This document shows positions 35,966-45,000 of a stretch of DNA of 64,000 bases, piece by piece; the stretch's first letter is position 1; each line of letters opens with the position of its first letter. Source of the DNA: a virus; the IMG/VR virus record IMGVR_UViG_3300031257_000001, positions 40,327 through 104,326 of that record; one strand, 5' to 3'. The position numbers were made by a program, and so were the translations under genes. A model generated the notes under the pieces. It did not search any database, was not told where the DNA came from, and was given only the letters and a program-made list of their open reading frames with translations.

Positions 35966-36807
35966 CTGAGAAACGCAAGATGCCACCGTGCCTAGGTGGC
36001 TATGAGAACAAGGACAAGATCTGCGACGGCAACCCCAAGGCAAAGGACGAGGGTGAGCATGCTCCATGCCTGTTCCGCGACCGCTGTGTTGGGTTCCAAT
36101 GCCTGCTCAAGGATCTGGCAGCCGCCGGCAAGCCTGGCGACGCTGAGGACTACTTGTCGGTCAAGAAGGTGGACGGTGAGGAATTTGCATTTGCCAAGAA
36201 GAGTGGCGATGCATTGGAGCTAGCCATCGACAAGCGCATCGCCAAGTATGGCGTCAAGGATGGCAAGATCACCGTCCCGAGGGGCCGCAAAGAGAAGCCT
36301 TCCAAGAAGGCCCCTGCTGCCAGCAAGAAGGCATCTGCAAAAGGCGCTGTGCAAGAGTCCAAGGAGCCCGACGAATCAGCAGACGATGCCAGGGAGCTGT
36401 GCGCTTGGTTCACATCTAAGCTGCAAGAAGCAACCGGGCGGGCCGTCCACGACCTCCCCGGCGACTGCGAGGCCGGCGAGCTGTTCATCATCGATCGGCA
36501 TGAGAAGTCCAACTATGCCGCGGTTTATGCCAGGGGCGACGTGAGTCACAAGGTGGCTGTGGCCTCGATGTACCCGAACCGCCGGACAGGGACGCTGCAG
36601 ATCAGGGTGGCGGCGCCATTCGAGGCGTTCATGAAGGGGTTGTCCAAGGCGTCACGCTCCGCATTGGAGCCGGAGGATTACACCGGCAAGGACGGCCGGT
36701 TCAGGGTGCGCATCAGCGGCCTGGACAAGGAGGGCGCTTCCATTGTCGCTGAATCCGTGTCCGCTGCCATCAGCAGCGGTATCATCAACTTGCCTGGGAT
36801 TAGCTGA
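35962..36807 (+). CDS. hypothetical protein (Cys-rich N-terminus, Lys-rich linker)
   Basis: 281-aa ORF overlapping the upstream stop (ATGA); typical codon usage. Confidence 0.7.
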   Translation: MTEKRKMPPCLGGYENKDKICDGNPKAKDEGEHAPCLFRDRCVGFQCLLKDLAAAGKPGDAEDYLSVKKVDGEEFAFAKKSGDALELAIDKRIAKYGVKDGKITVPRGRKEKPSKKAPAASKKASAKGAVQESKEPDESADDARELCAWFTSKLQEATGRAVHDLPGDCEAGELFIIDRHEKSNYAAVYARGDVSHKVAVASMYPNRRTGTLQIRVAAPFEAFMKGLSKASRSALEPEDYTGKDGRFRVRISGLDKEGASIVAESVSAAISSGIINLPGIS

Positions 36808-36824
36808 TCTCCGGGTGAGGGCAG

Positions 36825-36889
36825 GGCGCCCTCCGTCGCTGTGTTCCGTTTCCACAGCACACTCTCGCCAGTGTCTGACGGAGGGCGCC
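36825..36889. other. predicted three-way-junction RNA/DNA structure
   Basis: 13-bp perfect stem (36825-36837 / 36877-36889) enclosing hairpins GCTGTG/CACAGC and ACACT/AGTGT. Confidence 0.6.
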
Positions 36890-36912
36890 AGGCCCGCTTT
36901 CACGAGGGTCCC

Positions 36913-37899
36913 ATGAAGGTCGCCATCGTCGGTGGGGGCATGAGCGGTTTGGTTGCCGCGTATGTCTTCCAGCAGTACCGTGACATCAGCGTCACCATCT
37001 ACGAGCCGGGCCGCCCGGGCGTAGCGTTCCTCGCCGGCGGGCTGAAGTACATCCACCGGACGGATGAGACGGTTCAGATGCTCCACGACCACAGCGTGGT
37101 CTTCACCAACTACACCGTCCGTGGAGGGATCTTGCTCCATGGGACTGTCGAGCAGTATCCCGGTTGCTTCTCTGGAATGCAGCCAGAACGTTCCAAGCGG
37201 ATCCAGGAGGATCATTGGCGCAAGACTCGGCACACAGAGCCGGGTGACTTCAGCCTCCGCTCGATGAACGATCCGGAAGCCAGCGGGCCGCGCCGGGCCC
37301 TCCGGTGCGCGCTCAACGAACTGGTGGACGCGATGCTTGCCGATGTTCATGTCAGACCGGAGGCCATCAAGCGCATCGAGCCCAACAGGCTGATTGGCAG
37401 GACTGGGCAGCCGTATGGATTCCACTACGCCATCGTCACCATTCCCCTCTGGATTGTGCGGTGCATGGTGGATTGGCACATCCCCGAGGCGTATGCGATG
37501 AAGCTCAACGTGGTCACGGCAGAGCCGCTTCGCGACCCGTTCGCCAGGTGGGACTACGTGTACACGCCATACACGCCGGCGAGCCTCATCCACCGCATCT
37601 CACCGACTGAGAATGGCTACAGTTGTGAGTTCAACGGGGCTTGGGAGGAAGGCGCAACCAATGACCGTGTCGCCTCTGATCTGAACTTCCTGTTCCCATC
37701 AGGTTGGGTGATCAACGACGTGAAGCGGAATCTGAGCGGGCATCTTCTTCCGCTCCCGGAGCGACCCAAGTGGCCAGACAACATCAAGCCTCTGGGCCGC
37801 TTCACACGATGGGAACCGAGGGCCACGACGGACGCCACACTGCGCGACGCACATAAGCTGGCGCAGGAGTGGGGATGGGAGCTCAAGAGGATTGACTGA
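36913..37899 (+). CDS. FAD-dependent oxidoreductase (Glf/HemY-like Rossmann fold)
   Basis: 'MKVAIVGGGMSGL...TIYE', 'IVTIPL', C-terminal 'LGRFTRW'. Confidence 0.8.
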   Translation: MKVAIVGGGMSGLVAAYVFQQYRDISVTIYEPGRPGVAFLAGGLKYIHRTDETVQMLHDHSVVFTNYTVRGGILLHGTVEQYPGCFSGMQPERSKRIQEDHWRKTRHTEPGDFSLRSMNDPEASGPRRALRCALNELVDAMLADVHVRPEAIKRIEPNRLIGRTGQPYGFHYAIVTIPLWIVRCMVDWHIPEAYAMKLNVVTAEPLRDPFARWDYVYTPYTPASLIHRISPTENGYSCEFNGAWEEGATNDRVASDLNFLFPSGWVINDVKRNLSGHLLPLPERPKWPDNIKPLGRFTRWEPRATTDATLRDAHKLAQEWGWELKRID

Positions 37900-38902
37900 T
37901 TGGACCAGAGGCAAACACCCGTGCGGGTGTGAGATGGACATGCGGCTGAAGTGCGTGAAGCACTGCGGTGGCCACGGAATTCCGCCGGATCAACCCGCAA
38001 GTGATGCGTTCGGCGTGATGTGGGATGAGCAATCCGGTCAGCAACGCGAGTTGGGCTTGGATCCGGAGCATTTGGATGATGTAGAGCGCGGCCGAGTCAT
38101 CACCGACATCGTGGCCCAGGCACATGAAGAGGTGTCTGAGTTAGGTCGGCTCAGTTCCGCTTACAAGCGCCATCTCCTGTCTCGACCTCGAACGGACCCG
38201 GCCATGGTCGCTGAGGAAGTGGCAGACGTGCTCAAGTGCGCCATCGCGGCCGCCCAAACGTTCGGCCTCACCTCGTTGGACGTGGTGGAGGCTTTCTCGC
38301 GCAAGACAATGACAGTCTCGGAGCGGGCCCGGCAAGAGCGTGTCCGGCTTGAACAAGAGACGCCAATCCTGTGTTTCGACTTGGACGATGTCATCTGTGA
38401 CTTGTCGCCATGGCGGCAGGAGCTTGACGGCGGGATTGACGTGGATGCCCCGCCGGCGGACAAGCTCGCCTCCGCCGAACGTCTCAAGGAACAGTTCTAT
38501 GAGGGCGGACGATTCCGTGAGATGGAACCAGTTCCTGGCGCCAGAGAGGCGTTGGGGCGGTTCACCTCGGAAGGCTTCCACATCATCATCATGACGGCCC
38601 GTCCTCAGTGGCAGTACAAGCGGCTGTACGGCGACACGGTTGAGTGGCTGCTGGAACACGGGATCCCGTTCCACCGGATCATGTTCAACAAGGACAAGGT
38701 GGAAGCGGTGTACCAACACCTGGTTCCGGGCTGGCCAATGTTCTTCGTGGAGGACCACGAACGAAACATCAAGGCGTTGGCTTCAGTGGGGATCCATGTA
38801 CTTGTGTATAATCAGAAGCACAACGAAGGAATCCAGGACACCGAGAACACCACGCGCGTGTACGATTGGCGTGAGATTGAAAGGATTGTGTTGGGGACAT
38901 GA
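37892..38902 (+). CDS. MazG/dimeric-dUTPase-like NTP pyrophosphatase fused to a HAD 5'(3')-deoxyribonucleotidase
   Basis: 'HEEVSEL...YKRH...EEVADV' followed by 'CFDLDDVI...MTARP...K...FVEDH'. Confidence 0.82.
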   Translation: MTDWTRGKHPCGCEMDMRLKCVKHCGGHGIPPDQPASDAFGVMWDEQSGQQRELGLDPEHLDDVERGRVITDIVAQAHEEVSELGRLSSAYKRHLLSRPRTDPAMVAEEVADVLKCAIAAAQTFGLTSLDVVEAFSRKTMTVSERARQERVRLEQETPILCFDLDDVICDLSPWRQELDGGIDVDAPPADKLASAERLKEQFYEGGRFREMEPVPGAREALGRFTSEGFHIIIMTARPQWQYKRLYGDTVEWLLEHGIPFHRIMFNKDKVEAVYQHLVPGWPMFFVEDHERNIKALASVGIHVLVYNQKHNEGIQDTENTTRVYDWREIERIVLGT

Positions 38903-40029
38903 CAAGCTACTTGATGAGGACGCTCGACCGATATCCAATCCAGTTCGCCTCCGGCGACGGCTCGTGGTTGGTCACTCCGGATGACGAGAGCTATCTGGAC
39001 TGGTTCACAGACGTGGGGACCGCTTCATTGGGCTACGGATCGCAGGAGGCACGGACGGCGATGGGGCGGATGGTCAGCAGCAGAATCCCATTCCACACGC
39101 CCAACTTGTTCGGGTGCCCAGAGCGCGAGCGGGCCGCGGAGCGCCTGTGCAAGGCGACTGGGATGGAAAGGGCATTCTTCTGTAACAGCGGAGCTGAATC
39201 CGTTGAGGCAGCCATCAAGCTCGCCCGTCTCAACACCCACAACAAGCTGGTCGCAGCGGTTGTGGGCTCGTTCCACGGCAGAACCTATGGGGCGCTGGCA
39301 TCCGGCGACGGCGGGAAGCACCACTATGAAGGGTTCGGACCGCTGCCAGGGATGTTCGTACATTGGGAGCCGCCCGAGATGCCTCCGCCTGAAGTTGGGA
39401 TCGTCATCATTGCTCCCATCTTCGGAAACAACGACGTCCAAGTGTACGGCGCATGGTTGAAGAGGCTTCAACGTTGGTGCCAACAGGTCAACATCCTGCT
39501 CATCTTCGATGAGGTCCAGACAGGCTCTTGCCGGGCCTCCGGAACCATGAGTTATTCGCACCACATCGGAGTGCTCCCTGACATCCTCTGCTTGGCTAAG
39601 GGTGTGGCCATGGGAGCGCCTGTCGGGGTCACCCTATCACGCAACGGGTTGGACTTCAGCCCCGGAAGCCACTTCAGCACGTTTGGCGGTGGACCGCTGT
39701 CAGCGGTGATGGTGAACGCGATGATCGACTGGTCCGAGAAGCACCAGCAGACCGTCGGGACCGTTGGGCGCTTCATCCGCAGGCGGTTGAAGGAGCGTAA
39801 ATGGGCCAAGAATGTACGTGGCGAGGGGATGCTCATCGCGTTTGATTGGGATGGCGATTGCTTGGGATTGGCAGCCGCCGCCTTTGAGGAGCGCCTGCTC
39901 ATCGGGGCGTTTCGCCGGGGCCCGGGCCCGATCAAGATCACACCGCCGTTGAACATCGTTCCGGCAGATATCAAGTTCGGGTTTGAAGCGCTTGATCGTG
40001 CTGTGGCGAGGTCAGAGGGTGCTTCCTGA
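38899..40029 (+). CDS. class-III PLP-dependent aminotransferase (ArgD-like)
   Basis: 'FFCNSGAESVEAAIKLAR', 'SFHGRTYG', 'IFDEVQTG', 'PDILCLAKG' (PLP Lys), 'HFSTFGG'. Confidence 0.9.
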   Translation: MTSYLMRTLDRYPIQFASGDGSWLVTPDDESYLDWFTDVGTASLGYGSQEARTAMGRMVSSRIPFHTPNLFGCPERERAAERLCKATGMERAFFCNSGAESVEAAIKLARLNTHNKLVAAVVGSFHGRTYGALASGDGGKHHYEGFGPLPGMFVHWEPPEMPPPEVGIVIIAPIFGNNDVQVYGAWLKRLQRWCQQVNILLIFDEVQTGSCRASGTMSYSHHIGVLPDILCLAKGVAMGAPVGVTLSRNGLDFSPGSHFSTFGGGPLSAVMVNAMIDWSEKHQQTVGTVGRFIRRRLKERKWAKNVRGEGMLIAFDWDGDCLGLAAAAFEERLLIGAFRRGPGPIKITPPLNIVPADIKFGFEALDRAVARSEGAS

Positions 40030-41098
40030 TTATACGCAAATGTTCCCAGAGGGAATCTTTGAAAGCGACAGCATGGAGATCAACATGACAAAGGAGCCGA
40101 AAGTCACACTGGTGACGCACACTCGGGACCCTCTGGAGACGGTGTATGCCGTCTGGAAGGCCAGCAAGGATGAGGAGCCGCTGATGACAACGCAGGCGGT
40201 GAAGCTGACCGTTCCAGATGGCAAGGTCAGAGACCTGTTCCGCCGGGTCATCGCACAACGCATTCCGGTTGGCGAGCACGTGGACTTCGTGTTCATGGTC
40301 GAAAACATCAGCGTCAGCTGGCGTGAGCAGGCTGTGCGCCATCGCATCGGCGTCAAGCCCTCCCCGGAGCGCGTGGGCGCCGACATCGTGATGATGGACA
40401 GGATCCCGGACCTCGCCGAAAGCAGTTGGTGGTCGCAAAGTATGAGATTGATGGACATGGGGAAGTTCGCTCAAAACGGAGCATTCAGGCTTCCGGCGAC
40501 AGTGGAGCGCGATTCCAAGCTCACCCAGATGTTCATCGAGACCATGTTCACCATCCAGCGGACCTACAACGTTCTGGTGGAAGCAGGCATCCCAATGGAG
40601 GATGCGCGTGAGCTCATGCCGCTCGGAGCCCAGCATCGCATCTCGTGGAAGCTCAACATCGGGGCGCTGCAACATATCGTCTCCAAGCGTGGCTGCTTCA
40701 TCCTGCAACTTGGGATCTGGGGGCCTGTGATCCAGGGGGTGATCACCGAGCTGGTCCAGAAGGTTGACCCTGTGTTCTCAGAGTTGGTCACGCCGCCGTG
40801 CCTCGATGGCAACACGTTCAAGGGGTGCGCGTTCCACGAGGAGTGCCGGCGCCGGATCAGCGGCGAGGACGCTCTGCCGCCTTGCCCGCTCCACTTCCGG
40901 CATCATCACATCCCCGAGAAGATGGGGAATGGCGACGACATCGCCCACGCCCACACGCCCGAGGTTCAGGACAAGTACCACTTGCCCATGGCTGAAGAGA
41001 TGCGGGCTCGTGCCGAGGATTACATGCGGTTCTGGTACCGTGACCCGTACACCGGCGAGCGCTTGGGTACATCGAACGTAGCGATGAGGCTGATGTGA
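40019..41098 (+). CDS. divergent ThyX-like flavin-dependent thymidylate synthase homologue
   Basis: 'EHVDFVF...EQAVRHR', an insertion, 'SWWSQSMR', 'EDARELMP'; Cys-rich C-terminus. Start codon uncertain. Confidence 0.78.
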   Translation: MLPDYTQMFPEGIFESDSMEINMTKEPKVTLVTHTRDPLETVYAVWKASKDEEPLMTTQAVKLTVPDGKVRDLFRRVIAQRIPVGEHVDFVFMVENISVSWREQAVRHRIGVKPSPERVGADIVMMDRIPDLAESSWWSQSMRLMDMGKFAQNGAFRLPATVERDSKLTQMFIETMFTIQRTYNVLVEAGIPMEDARELMPLGAQHRISWKLNIGALQHIVSKRGCFILQLGIWGPVIQGVITELVQKVDPVFSELVTPPCLDGNTFKGCAFHEECRRRISGEDALPPCPLHFRHHHIPEKMGNGDDIAHAHTPEVQDKYHLPMAEEMRARAEDYMRFWYRDPYTGERLGTSNVAMRLM

Positions 41099-41637
41099 TC
41101 ATCGTCCTGGAGGGGCTCAACGCTACCGGCAAAAGTTCAGTGGCGGAACAGCTTCACGGTGATTGGGGGTATCCAATCATCAGGCTGTTCCGCTGCTGCA
41201 GCGACGACCACCTGGACGGCAGCCGGGTGGAGCACCTCCGATCGTTGGGCATCCCTGTCAACACGTATGTGGAGGATGCCTTCGTTGCGGACTTCTTGGT
41301 GAGGACGGGCGCCCACGCCACACTGGACCGCTCGATGCCCAGCGGGTTGGCCTACGCTTTGGTGGAGGACAGAATCGACAGCGAGCAGGTCGGGCCGCTG
41401 ATGAGGCTCTGGTGCGACACGCTGCGCAAAACCAAAGTCCACGTCATCCAACTCCACGCATCGAGGGCGGAGCGTGAGCGCCGGATTGAGGGCCGCGAGA
41501 TTCACCCGCAAGACGGCATTCTTGAAGAGTGGCTGGATGAGATCATGGAGTTGTGCGACCTCCCGATGACGAGGGTTGACACCACGACGTTGTCCAAGGA
41601 GGCCACGCTGAAACGCTGTCTGGAATGCCTACGCTGA
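41095..41637 (+). CDS. deoxynucleoside monophosphate kinase (thymidylate kinase-like)
   Basis: 'MIIVLEGLNATGKSS' P-loop and 'LDRSMPS'. Confidence 0.8.
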   Translation: MIIVLEGLNATGKSSVAEQLHGDWGYPIIRLFRCCSDDHLDGSRVEHLRSLGIPVNTYVEDAFVADFLVRTGAHATLDRSMPSGLAYALVEDRIDSEQVGPLMRLWCDTLRKTKVHVIQLHASRAERERRIEGREIHPQDGILEEWLDEIMELCDLPMTRVDTTTLSKEATLKRCLECLR

Positions 41638-42035
41638 AGGAGCTCAGGAATTGGGCGCGGGGCGAGGACATCGCCGGGCTGCCGGAGCAGTCTGTGCGGA
41701 CTTCGCCATCCCAACGAGAACACCCCGGGCGAGTCAAGATGCTGGAGCGTTTGGAACAGCTGAAGCTCCAAGCGCGGACCGCCGGCGGACAGCAGACGGG
41801 GATGTACAAGATCAGCACGGGCGGCGACGATGCTTTGATCAAGTTCGGGAAGCACGCCGGGAAGGCGTTGTCAGTGATCATGGATGAGGATCCGACCTAT
41901 CTGGCGTGGATGCTTCGTGATGACGATGACGGCCAGCCTCGGTTCGATTCCGTCTTGCTTGATGTGGTGAAGTATGTACAGGAATCCCACTGGAAGAAAG
42001 CGCGTGAAGAGCGCGCAAAGGGGCGCCGGAGATGA
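41625..42035 (+). CDS. hypothetical protein with FGKHxG motif (DUF3820/ExoX C-terminal-like)
   Basis: 'IKFGKHAGKALSVIMDEDPTYLAWM'. Confidence 0.65.
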   Translation: MPTLKELRNWARGEDIAGLPEQSVRTSPSQREHPGRVKMLERLEQLKLQARTAGGQQTGMYKISTGGDDALIKFGKHAGKALSVIMDEDPTYLAWMLRDDDDGQPRFDSVLLDVVKYVQESHWKKAREERAKGRRR

Positions 42036-45000
42036 GCAAGCCTGACGACATCGTTCACCTCCACGTCCACAGCGACATGTCCAATCTGGACGGCTGCGGC
42101 AAGATTCCGGACTATGTGGCCGCGGCCAAAGCCAGAGGTCACCGGGGCGTCGCCTTCACCGACCACGGGACGATGCGCGGGTACATGACCCAGCACGAGC
42201 AGTGCAAGGAGCACGACGTCAAGCCCGTCTATGGCCTTGAGTTCTATGTGTCTCCTGACATGCGGAGGCGTGGGCTCACCGAGGATGAACGGGCGGACAT
42301 CACCCGGGACCTCCCCAAGTCAGAACACAAAGCTGCCATCAAGAAACATGAGGAGCACGCAGGGATCCGCGACCGTTGGCACCTGACCGTTTGGGCCCTC
42401 GATCAGGTTGGTCTGCAGAATTTGTACAGGCTCTCATCCGCGGCGTGGATTGAGGGGTTCTACTACAAGCCACGCATCGACCTCGATGAGCTGATCAAGT
42501 ACGGCGTAGGGTTGGCGGTCGGCTCCGGCTGCTTGGCGTCGCCCATCAACGACTGCTGGGTGTTGGGTAGGCAGAAGCAAGCGCTGGGGTACGCCGATCG
42601 GTTGGCGGATGCGTTCGGCGACAGGCTGTACCTGGAAGTCATGCCACACGCCATTCGGGATCAGCGCCTTGCCAATGGGCTGATGCTCAAGCTCCGCAAG
42701 CGGTACGGCAGCCGGGGTGTTCGCTTGCTCGCAACTCAAGACGCCCACTATGTGGAGCAGGCAGACGCTTGTCACCACGAGGTTCTTCTGTGTATCGGGA
42801 CCAACTCCATCCTGAGTGACCCAGAACGCTTCAAGTTTGATGGCAACGAATTCCATTTCAAGACGCGCAAGGAGATGATTAGGAGCTTCCGGCGGAACCA
42901 TGAGTTCATGCCAGACAGCGCCATCCGAGAAGCGTTGAACACCACGCTGGAGCTTGCGGAGCGCGTGAGTGCCAAGGTGGAGGTGGACTACCACAAGGCG
43001 TTGCTTCCTGATTCAGGCATCCCGGCAAAGTGTGATGGCAACGCATTTGCCTATCTGCGCGATTTGTGTCTGGACGGATGGAAGTGGCGTGAGATTCCCA
43101 AGCGCGCGGCCGCCTATGCCGCCGTCCACGGAGTCAGCAAGCCAGAGGCGCTGGCCATCTACCGCGACAGAATGAAGTACGAGATGGGCGCGCTGGTCCG
43201 CCAGAGGTTTGTGCCCTACTTTTTGATGGTTCACGACATCTACCGCTTCGCACGCGAGGCACACATCATGACCGGGCCCGGGCGCGGCTCGGTTGCCGGA
43301 TCGCTTGTTGCCTACTGCTTGGGGCTTACAGCTGTGGATCCCATTGAGTTCGGCTTGATCTTCGAGCGCTTCATCAACCCGGACCGCATCGACATGCCGG
43401 ATGTGGACATGGACTTCGAGGACAGGCGCCGGTCTGAAATCATGGACTATTTGCGCGCCAAGTACGGCGAGGACAAGGTGTGCCAGATCGCCACCATTGG
43501 GAAGCTGTCGGGGAAGCAGTGCATCCGCGACGTGAGCCGGGTCCTTCAGGTCCCACTCAACGAGGTGAACCAGGTCACAGCGTCGATCATCGAGCGTAGT
43601 TCAGGTGATGAGCGTGCCAGTCAGACCATTGAGGACAGCTTCCAGGAGTTTGCAGTGTGCCGTGCCTTCAACAAGCGGCATCCAGAAGTCCTAGAACACG
43701 CCCGCAAGCTGGAGGGGATGGCCAAGAACCTCGGGATACACGCGGCAGGCGTCGTGGCATCCCCGGTCCCGTTGACGGACCTTCTGCCGTTGGAGATCCG
43801 GAAGCACGACGGCCGCGACCTTGTGGTGAGCGCCGTGGATATGTACGGCGTGGCCTCGACTGGACTGGTAAAGCTGGATGTTCTCGGGCTCCGAACGCTC
43901 ACAGTGATCAAGGAGACGCTGGAGGCCATCGACCGGCGTCACGGTCGGCACATCGACATGGAATCCAGGGACATCGACCTGAACGATCCCAAGGTGCTAC
44001 AGGGATTCACCGACCACAACTTTGGAGGTGTGTTCCAGTACGACACGACCAGCGCGGCCGCGGTCTGTCGTGGCGTGAAGTTCGCCCACTTTGAGGATGT
44101 GGCCGCACTCACCGCACTGAATCGCCCGGGCACCTCCCGGTCGGGCCTCGCCACTGAGTACGTGAGGCGAAAGAAGAAACCAAAAGAGGCTGAAAAGGAT
44201 CATTTCCATCCGTTGGTCAGCAAGATCACCAAGGACACCCTTGGGATCATCGTGTACCAAGAGCACGTCATCCGCATCTTCATCGAGGTGGCAGGCTTCG
44301 CTCCCGGCACGGCTGACAGCCTGCGCAAAACCATTGCCAAGAAGATCGGCGATGAGGCCATGGGCAAGGAGCGCGAAAACTTCATCAGGGGCGCTTGGGA
44401 GCACTCCCGGGTGGACCGAGCCACGGCGGCCAAGATAATGGACGCGATCACTTTCTTCGGCTGTGTGCCATTCTGGACGCAAATCGCGATTCCGCTTGAC
44501 GGAGAACGCTCAATTGGTGTAACGGCTAGAACCTTGCCGATCGATCTGGTTCGACCGGGCGACGAAGTCTGGAGTGTGGACGAGCATTGGCGTTTGGTTC
44601 GGAACCGCGTCAAAAACGTGGTGGCGACAGGGCGAAAGCCGTTGTTCCGAATCGTCGCAAAGATACATGACGGCAACAGGAGGGTCACAGTCGAGGCTAC
44701 CGCTGGCCACTATTGGTTGCTCGTTTCGGGGAAATATGCAAAGACGGAACAGCTCAAGTCAGGCGACGTCATCGCGTATCGGAACCGAACGGCGTTGCGT
44801 GTCGATGTAGCGATCGTCCAATTGATCGAGCCGGTGGAGTTTGTCGGTGACGCAACCACTTATGATCTTGAAGTGGAGAACGAGCCACACAACTATGTCG
44901 CCGACGGATTCGTTTGTCACAACAGCTACGGATTCAACAAAACGGTCGGCCGGTCTGCGATGGTGTGGAAGGCCGGAGCGAATGCTAGCGATCCCAGGGG

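Noticed and set aside
36825-36889. Possible hammerhead ribozyme on the minus strand (GUC...CUGGCGA...GAAAC)
   Set aside because: The core deviates from CUGANGA, there is no room for stem I, and stem II cannot close properly.
38899-40029. argD as an arginine-biosynthesis auxiliary gene
   Set aside because: Divergent from ArgD (e.g. 'IAPIFG' where EP(I/V)QG is usual), no other arg genes, and embedded in a nucleotide cassette, so the symbol was withheld.
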